From assembly GCF_004010195.1 (NCBI RefSeq), contig NC_057751.1:11828402-11869399 (forward strand): DNA of 40,998 nucleotides. The letters are read 5' to 3'. Below the pieces are notes generated by a model that was given only the letters and a program-made list of their open reading frames with translations, did no database searches and was not told the DNA's origin. A program made the position numbers and the translations under genes. The stretch's first letter is position 1, and each line of letters starts with the position of its first letter. Shown here in pieces: positions 21,572 through 33,737 of the stretch. The DNA comes from Chiloscyllium plagiosum. Its lineage: Eukaryota.

Positions 21572-22429
21572 CCTTTCCACTTCAAATTGTCAATGAATAT
21601 GCGTTCTTCAAATTTTTATATTAACAATTCATCCATGTGAGTTGGTCAGGGATGGTAAAAAAAACACCAATATGCCTTGGCTGTTATGTAGAGCCGTCCA
21701 CGGCAGTTCGACTGAATTGCCACCATCTTGCTGAGTCCTATGCTACCTTCGTAAAATATTTTGAGGTGATCCTGTCTGGTCCATAACATCAGAGATCAGA
21801 GAAATGAGCATAGAGTGAGTAAATAGCAAGACGTGTCATGATCCCAGCTGATTGTACTCCCGGACAAGTCAATCGCAGAATGAAATGTGGATTGTTTTTT
21901 CTTTTGATAATGTGGGGGTTAGTTCCTGAAGTATTTCCACATAAGGCTACACAGCTTAATAATATAGCAGATGTTTATAATACAAAAGATGAAAACAAAA
22001 TGAAAACAAACTATCTATAAACAGAAATGTAAATCCAGAGAAATGACCCACCTCTATCACATACTTAAGTTCTATTTCATTTATTCTCCCCACTTTCTTT
22101 CTTTTGAACTGAGTGTTCTTACATGATTATTGAGAGCGTAAACAAGCTCAGTTTCTAATAACCTGCAGATTTCAAACCAAACTCTTCTGATCTGGAAGCT
22201 GCACAAACTAAATACTTCTACCGAGGTAACTGTGTATTCTCTGAACTATTCCAGACATCTGTGAGGAGAGAAACTACACTTGCTTGTGACCCCAGTCAGG
22301 TGACCTCCAAATTGCCATAAAAACATATTTCTGGGTTTTCTGAAATAGAATCAATCTTTAATTATTCAGAACTGAAATCAAGCTAATGGCCTTTAATGTT
22401 TACCCACTTTCTATTATTAAAGAAGTGTT

Positions 22430-23995
22430 AAGTTCAGCATACAGTTAGAGAAACACAAGTATGATTTAATCAAATCAACATGGCTTTCTTTTTTTCTCTT
22501 TTAAATTCAATGGTCTTTATTTAACATCACCCTGTTCACATGGGGAAGAAATCATTCAGCTATTCCATGTATGGGAAGGTATTCACTTGGTGATCCAGCT
22601 TAATGTCACACGAACGTCTTCATCGTCAGGAGAGAAGCTTTGTCTGCTTTTTTTTAGATTACTTACAGTGTGGAAACAGGCCTTTCGGCCCAACAAGTCC
22701 ACACCAACCCTCCGAAGAGCAACCCACCCAGATCCATTTCCCTACATTTACCCCTTCACCTAACACTACGGGCAATTTAGCATGGCCTAACCTGCACATT
22801 TTTGGACTGGGGGAGGAAACCGGAGCAAACCCTAAACAGACACGGGGAGAATGTGCAAACTCCACACAAACAGTTGCCTGAGGCAGGAATTGAACCCAGG
22901 TCTCTAGCGCTGTGAGGCAGCAGTGCGAACCACTGTGCCACCACTTCAACATAGCTTTCAAGAGGGAAATCCCATTTGCCAAAGTAATGAGACTTTTTTT
23001 AGAGGATGCCACTCATCAGGTAAAGAAAGGGGTGTTAGTGGATGCAGTACACTTGGATTTCCAAAAGATGGAAATCCAAATAAATGATTAATGAACAAAA
23101 TAAGGACTCAGAGTTATATTAACAGTTAGAAGTAATTATATAATTAAATTAACACCGATAGGAGATTGACATTGGCCTTCAGCTATTTACAACTTATAAT
23201 AATGACTTAAATGAAGAAACAGAGAATGATTTTCTTCAGTTTGCTGATGACACAATTCCAAGTGGGAACTCAAAGCCTGAGAATTACACAAAAAAGCTGG
23301 AAAGTGTTAAAGACAAGTGAAGTGAGCATGAATCAAAACAAGACATGTAGCATAATGTGTAGAAATGTGAGGCTCCCCATTTGGTCATCAGAATAAAAAA
23401 GCAGAATACTTTTGAAAAGCTTGACACATGCAAATGTTGATGTTCAGAGAGACTTAGGTGTAGTTGAATAAGGAATAAAACAAGGTACTATGCAGTTAGC
23501 AGAAAGCAATTAGGAGAGAAAATGGGATGTTGGCCCCTCTTGAAAGGGGCAGAACAAGAATAAATCAGTCCCTAGGACAAGATGGTATTTTATGGTGAGA
23601 CCCTGAGCAAATTGGGTCTCTAATCTCTGGAATTCAGATGATAATGACTGGTGATCTCATTGAAACATACATGACCCTGAGGAGGCTTGACAAGTGATTT
23701 ACTTGGTTCCTTAGGTTAAGGAATCGAGAACATGAGAGTAAAGTGTCAGGGTTTGGGGCCAATCTTTGAGGGCTAAGATGAGGTAATTTTTCACACAAAA
23801 GTGTGATAAATATTTGGAATTCTATGTCCAGGGAGTTGTGGATATGACATTGTGGATTCTCAGTGAATCAAGGGGTATAGGGAGTGGGCAAGAAAGTGAA
23901 GTTGAAGTCTAAGAGCAACCAAGATTGTTTTGAATGGAAGAACAGGCATGACATGATGGGTTGTGTAGTCTTCTGAAGCTCCTACTTCTTATCTT
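22430..23995 (+). mobile_element. Old CR1 RT-to-3' fragments
   Basis: Decayed QHGF (~22477), DAVHLDFQK (~23041) and FADDT (~23239) motifs and a CR1-like 3' end. Confidence 0.75.
22654..22943 (-). mobile_element. HE1-type SINE
   Basis: Reverse complement closely matches 8657-9192 without the PLE insertion. Confidence 0.92.
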
Positions 23996-24069
23996 CTGAT
24001 ATTGCTCTCACTTCACTTTTGGAATTCCATTTCATTGTCTATGTTTTGTCCACAGCTGTACTGAGATTT

Positions 24070-24770
24070 GCAGTTGAGTGGACTCTGAAAGAACCCGAAC
24101 TCAGCACAGGTGAGCAAGTTGTTACTGAGTAAGTACAGATTATACTAAGGTGTCAATGTCACCTTACATCCCTGCATTGATTCTGGAGAGCACATTTATG
24201 GTACAATAAATGCTAGGATTGAATGTGTCCTGCTTTTTGTTGACACAAAGAAAGTCAGAACTGCAGATGCTGCAGATCAGAGTTGACAGTGTGGTGCTGG
24301 AAAAGCACAACAGGTCAGGCAGCATCTGTGGAACAGGAGAATCAATGTTTTGGGCATAAGACATTCATCAGGAATGAGGCTTGTAGGCAGAGGCTGGGGA
24401 AGCTAGGGAGAAAGTAGTTGGGAATGTGATAGGTAGATGAAGATGGGGTGAATCACCTTCCCCCCCTCCCCACTTTCATCTACCTATCACATTCCCAGCT
24501 ACCTTCCCCCAGCCGCCCTAGCCCTACCCACTTCCCATTTATCTCTCAGCCCACAAGCCTCATTCCTGATGTAGGGCTTATGCCCGAAACATTGATTCTC
24601 CCACTCCTCGGACACTGCCTGCCCTGCTGTACTTTCCCAGCAACACACTCTCAACTTTTTGTTGACAGGACCTTGATGGTGAAGCTTTAATTTTTTTTTG
24701 CAGAATGTTGCAGCTGTACTGGGATAGCTTGGTGAGAAACATGAATAAAAACATAAAGGCTGGAAACTAT
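24070..24770 (-). mobile_element. Old LINE RT fragment interrupted by a PLE
   Basis: Decayed QFGF-like RT region on minus near 24090; sequence resumes after the TSD at 24667. Confidence 0.5.
24246..24654. mobile_element. 409-bp fold-back PLE (family A)
   Basis: TSD CTTTTTGTTGACA at 24233-24245 and 24655-24667; inverted arms with degenerate HHR cores. Confidence 0.9.
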
Positions 24771-25344
24771 ACAGCAGCTCCATCAATAACTGAACAAAGT
24801 AACAGATGCGAGCATTACCAGTCAAGAATCTTTGACTGGGCCAGAGGGAGGACACATGAAGAAACAGCAATAGACTGTTCAAAATACTGAAGTGAGGAGA
24901 AGAGGAACAGGGGCAAGCCACTTTTCAAATTTCGCAAAAAAGATTTTGAAAAAAAAGGGACTATTCTCCAAATCACAAATCCCTGTATATTGAGCATATT
25001 TTCACATTTTCTGTTTGAATTTTACATTTTCAGTTATGTTTCTTTCATTTTAGAACTGCTCGACATTGTGTGACCAAAATATCGATTTGGAAATAACCCA
25101 TATGAGCCATCTGACAATGCATTAAGTCACAAAGAGTGTGCCTTATATTCAATTCCACATTTACAATGACAAGTTGGGCTTTCAATAAAGCTCACTCATA
25201 TATTCCTACTAACGATCTGTCTTCTACAGTCATACGGAATTTCAACTTAAAATTAAATGAAAATCTGGGGACAATAGTAGACTGGTGCATTCTCTATGGC
25301 AACATTAACCAATCAATTTGAAAATCGACCAGCACCCATTCCCA

Positions 25345-25720
25345 TTGAATTGAATTGAAATGAATTGAATTTATTGTCACGTGTACCGAGGCACAGTGAA
25401 AAGCCTTGTCTTGAGAGCAATACAGGCAGATCACAGAGTTAAGTAGCATAGATAAGTAACTAATAGGTAAACAGCGGCAAAAACAAAAACACAGGTGCAG
25501 GCGAAAGTTAAGAGTTTGTGAGTCCATTCAGTATTCTAACAACAGTCGAGTAGAAACTGTTTTGAAACCAGCTGGTGCATGTGTTCAGGCTTCTGTACCT
25601 TCTCCCCGATTGTAGAGGTTGTAGAAAAACATTGCCAAGGTGGGATGGATCTTTGAGAATGCTGGCTGCCTATCCTTGACAGTGGGCCTGGTAGATGGAT
25701 TCTATAGGTGGGAGGTTGTA
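25345..25720 (-). mobile_element. Rex/Babar-like LINE 3' end
   Basis: Minus strand has AATAAA plus a (TTCAA)n-like tail and an LQSGRRYRSLNTCTSWFQNSFY C-terminus. Confidence 0.7.
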
Positions 25721-26087
25721 CCACCCCCACGACTTGCTCTAGTGGCTTGTTCCATACACACAACACTGTCTATATGAAATGCACCCACTTGTGCTTAGGT
25801 GCTGCTGTCTTTCCCAACTCTGACCAATCGGGTTCACTCATCAGGTTTGTGTTCACTGAAATTGGCTTTCAGCATGTCAACTTCAAAGCTTTCACCTGCT
25901 GAGATTCTCCAGTATCTTCTGTTTATATTTAAAATTCTTACCCAAGCTTTCATCTCTCTGTGGCTTCACCATTCTGTACCTCTGTCACCTTCTCCAGCCC
26001 CACAAACTTGTACGGTGTTTACACTCCTTAAATTCTTTTTTCCTGTACATTATGATTTGATTTTCTTCACTTCACAATCAATGAGTG

Positions 26088-26590
26088 TACCATAAGACAT
26101 AGGAGTAGAAATTAGTCCATTCAGCCCATCATGTCTGATCCATGGCTGATAAGTTTCTCAACCCCATTCTCCCCACTTTCTCCCAGTAGCCCTTGATCCC
26201 CTTGGCAATCAAGAACCTATCTATCTCGGTCTTAAATATACTCAATGACCTGGCCTCCACAGCCTTCTGAATTCCATCGATTCACCACTCTCCGGCTGAA
26301 GAATTTTCTCCTTAACTCTGTTGTAAAAGGTCTTCCCTTTACTCTAAGTTTATGCCCTTGGGTCCTAGTCTCCCCTACTAACAGAAACATCTTCCTGACA
26401 TCTACTCTGTCCAAGCCATGTTTCAAGTAGATCCTCCCCCACCATCCTTTTAAGTAAAGACCCAGAGCCCTCAAACATTCTTCATACGTTAAGTTTCTCA
26501 TTCCTGGAACCATTCTCATGAACCACCTCTGAACACGCTCCAGGGCCAGTACATCCTTCCTGAGATATGGCTGCCAAAACTGCACACACG
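26088..26590 (-). mobile_element. CR1 ORF2 C-terminus and 3' UTR
   Basis: ORF 26232..26585: QFWQPYLRKDVLALERVQR...TYEECLRALGLY...ETRTQGHKL...FFSRRVVNRWN. Confidence 0.92.
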
Positions 26591-27059
26591 TCTCCCTTCA
26601 GCTGCCTGGTCCACAAGCCCCCTGATCTCCTCCCTTCACCTGCCCATCTCTTTCTCACTCCATCCTCTGCTTTCATGCTCGGAAAAAAACTGTGCCTTTG
26701 ATGAAGCTTTTGGTTTCTGTCCTAACGTTTCCTTGAGGAATTCATTGTCAAAAGTTGACTGATTGGAGTCCCTGCAAAGAGCTCTGGGACTTTTTTTTTT
26801 ACCAAGAATAATGCAGCACAGGAGCACAGTATTAAACTCAGAGTTTTGTTAAGTATTAAACTCTGTCCATGAAGAAACAAAGCATCACCTGCACCAATTG
26901 TTTGAAAGAGCTACCCAATTAGCTGCAGCCGTCCGCTCTTTCCTTGCAGACACGCATCAATTTTCTCACCTCTCATGGGAGTCATGGAGTTCAATTTGTT
27001 CGCACCCCCCTTGCAGGTCGCGCTGCCTACAAATCACTGCCCATAAACAAATAAATTGC

Positions 27060-27181
27060 CTCCGGCTTTTTCAGCCTTCAATCTGCGAGGACTCATTGCT
27101 ACTTTTTGTGGCACATTCTGAGAGCAGTGTCTCCTCCTCGACCAGTGGATTCTGTGCTTCTGACAACCCCCCTGGCACCAT
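27060..27181 (+). other. Probable non-coding upstream exon (start uncertain)
   Basis: Consensus donor CAT|GTAAGT at 27181/27182; a 330-nt intron ends TTTTATTTTGACCGTGTGCGTTCTGTTTAG| at 27511. Confidence 0.55.
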
Positions 27182-27677
27182 GTAAGTGGGGGGTGGGGGG
27201 ATCACTGCATTCTCAGGGGTTGACCTCGAAACTTTTTTTTCCCTCTGATGGTGATACTTGCAACCCTGAAAAGTTGTCCCGAGGAGACTGATTCCTACGC
27301 CTCGCAGAGGGGGCGCACCTCAGTGCTGTTTTGTGTGTGTGTGTGTTGTGGGTGGTGGTGGACTGGTAGCGCATGCGTTGGTTCAGTCGCCTCTGGGGAT
27401 TATGAATGGATGATCCGAGCGGAACCGCACTTCCAAACTGCAGCAGAGAAACTATACCTTTCAAAGCGCATTTTGTTTTTATTTTATTTTGACCGTGTGC
27501 GTTCTGTTTAGATGACAGTGGACATATCAGCCAGCTCTTCCGGATAAAACCGATTGCACCTGTGAATCGCTGCATTGAAAGGGAAGGGTACAATGCTTTG
27601 CTCACTGGCCTGTTGAAGCCTGGTCGAGCAGCGGTGGGGGAACGCCGGCTGGGCTTTGGACGGACTGAAGGCAGAAC

Positions 27678-27759
27678 ATGGCTGGAAGTTTAAGGAAACA
27701 TTACGCTGTCTTTGTGCCAACTTTCACTGCATTGTTCTACCTAGTGATAGCAAAGATCG
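27678..27759 (+). CDS. First coding exon: signal peptide or signal anchor of a secreted or membrane protein (unidentified)
   Basis: Strong Kozak AACATGG; MAGSLRKHYAVFVPTFTALFYLVIAKI (basic n-region plus hydrophobic core); phase-1 donor G|GTGAGT at 27759/27760; exon probably 27512-27759. Confidence 0.7.
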
Positions 27760-29039
27760 GTGAGTTACTGAGAGAGGGGGAACAGAAAAACAAAGTGACC
27801 TCTCGGAATAGCGTAATGAAAATCCTTGGGTGTGGGTTAGGCATTTTCTCAGTGCGCCAGTGTTTTTACTGGCTGCTGTCAGTTTTCTGTCAATTATTTT
27901 GGTTTCCACTGCCGAGGTCTAGTGGTTTGAAGTGACGGTAAATACATTTGTTAACTGGAGGGTTGTTTTGTTGTGTTCAAATGAGATTTTGATAGACCGA
28001 AACTAAAATATTCCTCGCAGACTTGGCTTTTGAAATTTGTGTCAGATTTCAGAATGACCACGATCTTGTTTCTGCTGGCCAGTCATCGGAACAGCTTTTG
28101 ATCGAGGTCTCGTATAAAGGGAAAGACAAAAAGGGCAAATAGGCGGTGTTGGATTAGCGAGTGTAAATTACTCTGGTGACCGCAGAGTAAGATGGCAATT
28201 CAGTTCGGAGCGATAGCGGATTGATCGCCAGTCCCACGCTGCGCCTGATCTCGACTTCCAGCGCCTGCCTTTCCCTTCCTGCATCTTTTCATGGGGAGTC
28301 TTGTGGTCCCTGCTGAAAGGGAAGCATCGCACAACTCCCGTGGTCTTATGATGACAGAGACACGTCAACCCGCAGTAGAATGTGTGTGTGTGGGGGTGGG
28401 GGGTGGAAGGAAACTCATAGCCTTGTGTAATGCATTTTACCAGATTTCTTTTTGTTAGCATTAAGTCACGAATTCGGTGATCACTCACAGCCAATGGCTG
28501 ACGCTCCCATTGACTGGCCTTGTTTTTAGTTTTGCTGATTTTTTTTGTTTAAGCTGGGATGAATCATGGGAGCAGTTCCTGACGGCAGAAACCATGAGAT
28601 TCAGTCGTTCAACGGTTGCCTGCTTTTGAAACAACAGTGACCCCGTGGGATATAGCAAACCTCCCAGGAAATGATCCCACATTCATGTTTGGCTGAGATG
28701 TTAGCTGGAAAGGCAGGGGAGGGTGGAGCGGGATTTGCAGTGTGATTTCAGTAAATATCTGAACAGGACTGTGGTTGTAAATATTTGTTTTTAGGTAGAA
28801 TTTGAGATTTGTTTGATTTTAATCAAGAAATATGAAAGTTCCCCCCCCCCCCCGCTTTGTTTCAATTCAATGGAGATGAAGTCAACTGCGATTCATGAGT
28901 TCCCCTTAAGTTCTCTGATTCCGAAGCAGTGTACCATGGATATTGACTTTTCAAGACTCTGTCTCAGGTTCTGGCGCTCTGATTATACTTTATGGATGTA
29001 ATTGTAAACACCAGAAAATCATCGCACAACTGTCTGTAA

Positions 29040-30128
29040 TAGATTTGATTTATTATTGTCGCATGTACCAAAGTATTATGCAAAATTGTTTTGTTTGCAG
29101 TACAGACAGATCAAACATTAAAAAATAGGTGATTGAACAGTGAGGAATACCAAGTTTAAGGCGACAAAGAAAATGCCTAAAGCAAGAATAACATTGGGCT
29201 TGAAATCCATTCATAAGTCTTAATAGTGTTAATCTACAACATTTTCAGCCTGACAATGTTCATACAATCCCTATAGTGTGGGAACAGGCCCTTCAGCCCA
29301 ACAAGTCCACACTCTTACTCTGAAGAGTAACCCACCCAGACCCATTCGACTCCTGACTAATGCACCCAACCTACACATTCCTGAGCACTGTGGACAATTT
29401 AGCATGGCCAATTCACCTAACCCGCACATCTTTGGATTCTGGGAGGAAATCCACACAGGCATGGGGAGAATGTGCAAACTCCAGTCAGTTGCCCGAGGTT
29501 GGAATTGAACCCAAGTCCCTGGCGCTGTGAGGCAATTGTGCTAACCTCTGAGCCACCATGCCACCCCAATCTCGACAGAACAATGTGTTTAAGAGTGGGG
29601 AAGAAACTGTTCTTTAACCTGTTAGTATGTGTTCAAGCTTTTGTATGTTATGCCTGATGGAAGCAGTTGGAAGAGATCCTAACCAAAATAGGAAAAGTCT
29701 TTGTTGGGTGCCTTTCCGAGGCATTGAGAAATGTAAATGGAGTCAGTGGATGGAAATTTGGCTTGCGTGATGGCCTGGGCTGTGTCCACAACTTTCGTAG
29801 TTTCCTCAAGTCCTGGGTAGAGCAGGTGCATACCAAGCTGTGATACATCTACATAGAATGCTTTGTATGGTGCATCAGTAAAAGTTGGTGAGAGCCCCTC
29901 CAGACTTGCTGAATTTCCTTAGCTTCCTGATAAAAGTACATTGTTGTGCCTTGACTGTCACATCAATGTGGGTGGTCCAGATCTGATTGTTGCTGATGGT
30001 CACTTACAGGAACTTGAAGCTCTCAATCATGTCCACCTCGGCTCCATTTAATGTAGATATGGGCATCCCCCTCACTTCCTGAAGTCTATGATCAGCTCTT
30101 TAGTTTTGCTGACATTCAGGGAGAGATT
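29040..30128 (-). mobile_element. Rex/Babar-like LINE 3' part with HE1 insertion
   Basis: Minus strand NLSLNVSKTKELIIDFRK..VDMIESFKFL; 3' end resembles the element at 25345-25720. Confidence 0.75.
29262..29567 (-). mobile_element. HE1-type SINE variant
   Basis: Same tRNA-like head, GGGGAGAATGTGCAAACTCC core and tail as the other copies. Confidence 0.88.
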
Positions 30129-30149
30129 TAAGAAAAGAGGTTCACTCAT

Positions 30150-30560
30150 GATTTTCCCTGGAGCATCGGAGGCTGAGGGGTGACCTTATAGAGGTTTACA
30201 AAATTGAGGGGCATGGATTGGATAAATAGACAAAGTCTTTTCCCTGGGGTCAGGGAGACCAGAACTAGAGGACATAGGTTTAGGGTGAGAGGGGAAAGAT
30301 ATAAAAAAGACCTAAGGGGTAACTTTTTCATGCAGAGGGTGGTACATGTATGGAATGAGCTGGCAGAGGAAGTGGTGGAGGCTGGTACAATTGCTTCATT
30401 TAAGAGACATTTGGATGTGTACATGAATAGGAAGGGTTTGGAGGGATATGGGCCGGGTGCTGGCAGATGGGACTACGTTGGGTTGGGATATCTGGTCGGC
30501 ATGGACGGGTTGGACCGAAGGGTCTATTTCCATGCTGTACATCTCTATGACTCTATGATT
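30150..30560 (+). mobile_element. CR1/HER1-type LINE 3' end
   Basis: ORF 30204..30566: RGMDWINRQSLFP..ETRTRGHRF...FFMQRVVHVWNEL; tail CTCTATGACTCTATGA. Confidence 0.92.
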
Positions 30561-30644
30561 ATGTAGCCAAATTTCATCCAACTCCATCTAAAAGTTTGCA
30601 GACGACACCACCAATGTAGGCTCGATGTCTCATCATTGGTTGAT

Positions 30645-30785
30645 AGACAAAAAGTGCAGCAGGTCAAGTAACATCTGAAGAGCAGGAGAGTTGATGTTTC
30701 GGGCATAAGTGGGAAGGACTGTGAGAGATAAATGGAAGTTGGGGATGTGGCTGAGGAGAAGGTAACTGGGCAGGTGATAGGTGGG
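30645..30785 (-). mobile_element. PLE family A arm remnant
   Basis: GCAGCAGGTCAAGTAACATC..GGAGAGTTGATGTTTCGGGCATAAG matches family A left arms. Confidence 0.7.
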
Positions 30786-31668
30786 GTTGCAAGATACTTT
30801 GCATTCCAAGTGATTTGCTGTTATGTTCATACTATGAAACAAACTTTGAAACTCACTTGCCGAGGATTAAGACAGAACTGGACATCAGTCAGTTCATACT
30901 GGAATTCGATACTGCTCACCATTGTTTCTGTATACTCATGAAGATCACTTCTGAATGACCAGTTGAGGTAGTTGTGATAAAAGATTAACTCAAAGCAAAT
31001 CAGCCAAGTCTACATTTAAATGCAGATTTGTGGATTGCAGAGCTCAGTGAGTGGGAAGTCTGTCCCAGGTATATCTGCTAGCAGTTTGAACACCACCCTG
31101 TTTTGGGATTTTCTTTACTCTCTTCGGTTCTAAATTTTCCTCCTCCTTTCTCCACATGGAATGAGGCTGTACATGTTGCCTGGTTGAAGATGATACTTTG
31201 CAGGGTTGCTCATGAGAAGCTGAATTTCTTTGAGTGCAGCCCACGTTACCTGCTTTCTGTCTATTCCTCTTTGTGTATTTAGTTTGAGATTTTCAGCTTG
31301 ACATTGTACATCTTGACAGAAGGATGTTTAAGTTGAGGCAGAAAACAAAACATCTTCCATTTCCAAACTCCTCATTCCCACCCCCCCCACCCATTTTTTG
31401 AACTGGCCAAGTCTTATTGATATGGCCTTTGTCCTTGGAACTTCAACCAAACATTTTGTGTGCAGAATTGTGAGATTTATGAAGTCTGATTTTTGGCCTT
31501 ATGTAAGGTTTGCCACAGCTGAGTGGGTGGAGAAACTCTCAAATCAAATGGCAAAGTAATTTCCTTAATGAACAGCAAATTAATTAATTGAATATAACAT
31601 GAAAAACTTGGAATAATTTCATTGGTGATTTCCTCAGGAAAATGTGGTAACAGTTTGGATCACTAAGT

Positions 31669-31996
31669 TCATAGAGTCTTAGAGATGTACAGCATGGAAA
31701 CAGACCCTTTGGTCCAACCCGTCCATGCCGACCAGACATCCCAACCCAATCTAGTCCCACCTGCCAGCACCCATATCCCTCTTAAACCCATCCTATCCAT
31801 CTACCCATCCAAATGCCTCTTAATTGTACCAGCCACCACCACTTCCTCTGGCAGCTCATTCTACACTCTGAATGAATAAGTTGGCCCTTAGGTGTCTTAT
31901 ATATCTTTCCCCTCTCACCCTAAACCCATGCCCTCTGGTTCTGGACTCACCAACCCTAGGGAAAAGACTTTGTCTATTTACCCTATCCATGCCCCT
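31669..31996 (-). mobile_element. CR1/HER1-type LINE 3' end
   Basis: Reverse complement of 30208-30560 with deletions. Confidence 0.88.
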
Positions 31997-32114
31997 AATT
32001 TAAAACAGATCAATATTGAAATAACTCCAGATGCTCGTATAATGTTATCAAATCACCTTTTATTTCCACAGGCATAGTACTTCAAGTTGGTGCGTCTTCC
32101 TCAAAACCAACTGT

Positions 32115-32238
32115 CACAGTGAACAGACCCTCTGTCACGCTCCGTTTATATCTGTCAGCTAGAGCTCTCTGGACCAGATTAACAGCCCCAATCAAGGAAC
32201 TCTTATTCTATGAGTTCCAACTGGCTGACCTTGTTACA
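32115..32238 (-). mobile_element. Partial solo LTR related to the Gypsy LTR at 12442
   Basis: Minus strand TGTAACAAGGTCAGCCAGTTGGAACTC...GCTGTTAATCTGGTCCA matches TGTAATGAGGTCAGCCAGGTGGACCTC...GCTGTTAATCTGGTCCA. Confidence 0.8.
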
Positions 32239-33737
32239 ATCACAACAAATAGATTTCAATTCTTTAAGTGTAATGAGGGATATGAGGCAAACGCAGGTAT
32301 GTGGGGTTAGATGACAGATTAGTTGTGATGTCACAAAATGGCAAAACTGGCTTGAGGAGCTAAATGTGTTTATGGTGAGTTTGCTGGGAGGACTGTTGAA
32401 TTGGTATCTTCCCTCCTAGCTTATGCAAAAGGGAAGTAGCAAGGGGGTCCCTTTTCTAATTGCTGTGCAGTAACCCTTGACTGAAGATGTGCATGATTGG
32501 ATTGAATTTAATTGTGATGAACCTTTCTAAACCCTCCTGTTAATCCAGCTTCAAAAAAAAAGTATTGTTCAACAACACCTAAATATATTGCTGTTTTCTG
32601 GGATTTTTGTTGTGCATAAATTTGTTATTGTAGCTCCTACATTACAAGCATGACCTCAATTCAAGGGAGTGCTGTTGGCAGTAAAGTGCATTGGGGTATC
32701 CTCAAGTTGTGGAAACTGCTAGAGCAATTGCAGAAAGTAAGAGACATGATGATTTTCTCTGAGGATCAAGTGAATTTTCAGGAATATGCAACAGGATATG
32801 GGCATGTAGAATTAGTTCTGCTCAGGTGGCACCATCATGGACTGACCTGGCAAAGCAAACTGTTTGCATGTATTTTATGATGTGCAATCTCATGAACTCA
32901 GGGTTAGCCTAAATAGTCTAACATCTAACAACATTGTCATTGCAAAGCCACAGCTGTTTCAATACAACCAATGAAAAAATCTTATTTCATTTAGTGTATT
33001 TCTTATGCCTTCTGTCTTTTTCATCAGCTTATATTTTGAATACATAATTAGCAAGCCATCAATTTGGCTACTCTGCTGTAATGTTTGCTTCTCCGCTTTG
33101 TGTTAATGTTCTTCAGTCTGCTTGGAGTGACAGAAGTATCAAATGGTTATTTCCAATAAAATACAGAGAACTCCATGTTGCTCATCTAAACCCAATGTGA
33201 GAAAACAATTCCAATAATTTTGCAGTCCATAATTTTGAAAGCTTGTTTACTTGAATGAGGGGACTTCGCCGTCCTCAGGAACTCATAGGTGACTCCACAT
33301 TGCTATTAACAGGTTATCCTGTTCAGATAGTGTTTAAGTATGCTACGCCCTGCCTTTAGCTTTCACTGACAACTGATTAAGGAGTAGGCTACAGGAAGTT
33401 CAAACTTTGAAAGCTAGTGCTTTGTTTCCCTGCATGGCGTAGTGATGAGTGAGATGGGGAGTTGGACACATTGGCTGCACTGCAAAATTGTCTTTACGTA
33501 AATGGAAACTTATCCAGTACTTTTCCTTGTGAGAAATCATAGATTATGGTCTCGAAGTAGATATTGCACTTAAGATATGCAAGTGCTAAATGAGGAAGGA
33601 CTGTTGAAGGTATATTGCATCAGATGACATGACATGAGAATAGAAAATTTTCTGATGTGCTTTTTCATTAAAATATACTGAGAAGCTTTGAGTTGCGCCA
33701 CCATGGTGCCTATAGCAGTGACAGAAGTAGTACATAA

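Larger units (their letters stand above)
14367..21738 (-). mobile_element. Near full-length, decayed L1-clade LINE
   Basis: 5' end GGACTCAGCAAGATGGTGGC with a YY1-like motif, followed by ORF1, a spacer, ORF2 and an AT-rich 3' UTR with an internal direct repeat (14389-14421 / 14525-14557). Confidence 0.93.
26920..28500. promoter_or_regulatory. CpG-enriched region without recognisable TEs; probable promoter / 5' end of a host gene
   Basis: CpG density is visibly higher than in the flanks; forkhead-like ATAAACAAATAAA near 27043; short (GT)n tracts at about 27333 and 28381. Confidence 0.7.

Noticed and set aside
27678..27935. 85-aa single-exon protein, or naming the gene (TGFBR3, WNT7, ADGRG2 considered)
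   Set aside because: A consensus donor at 27760 indicates the rest is intron; resemblances to named signal peptides are too weak, and the intron phase does not fit WNT7 as I recall it.
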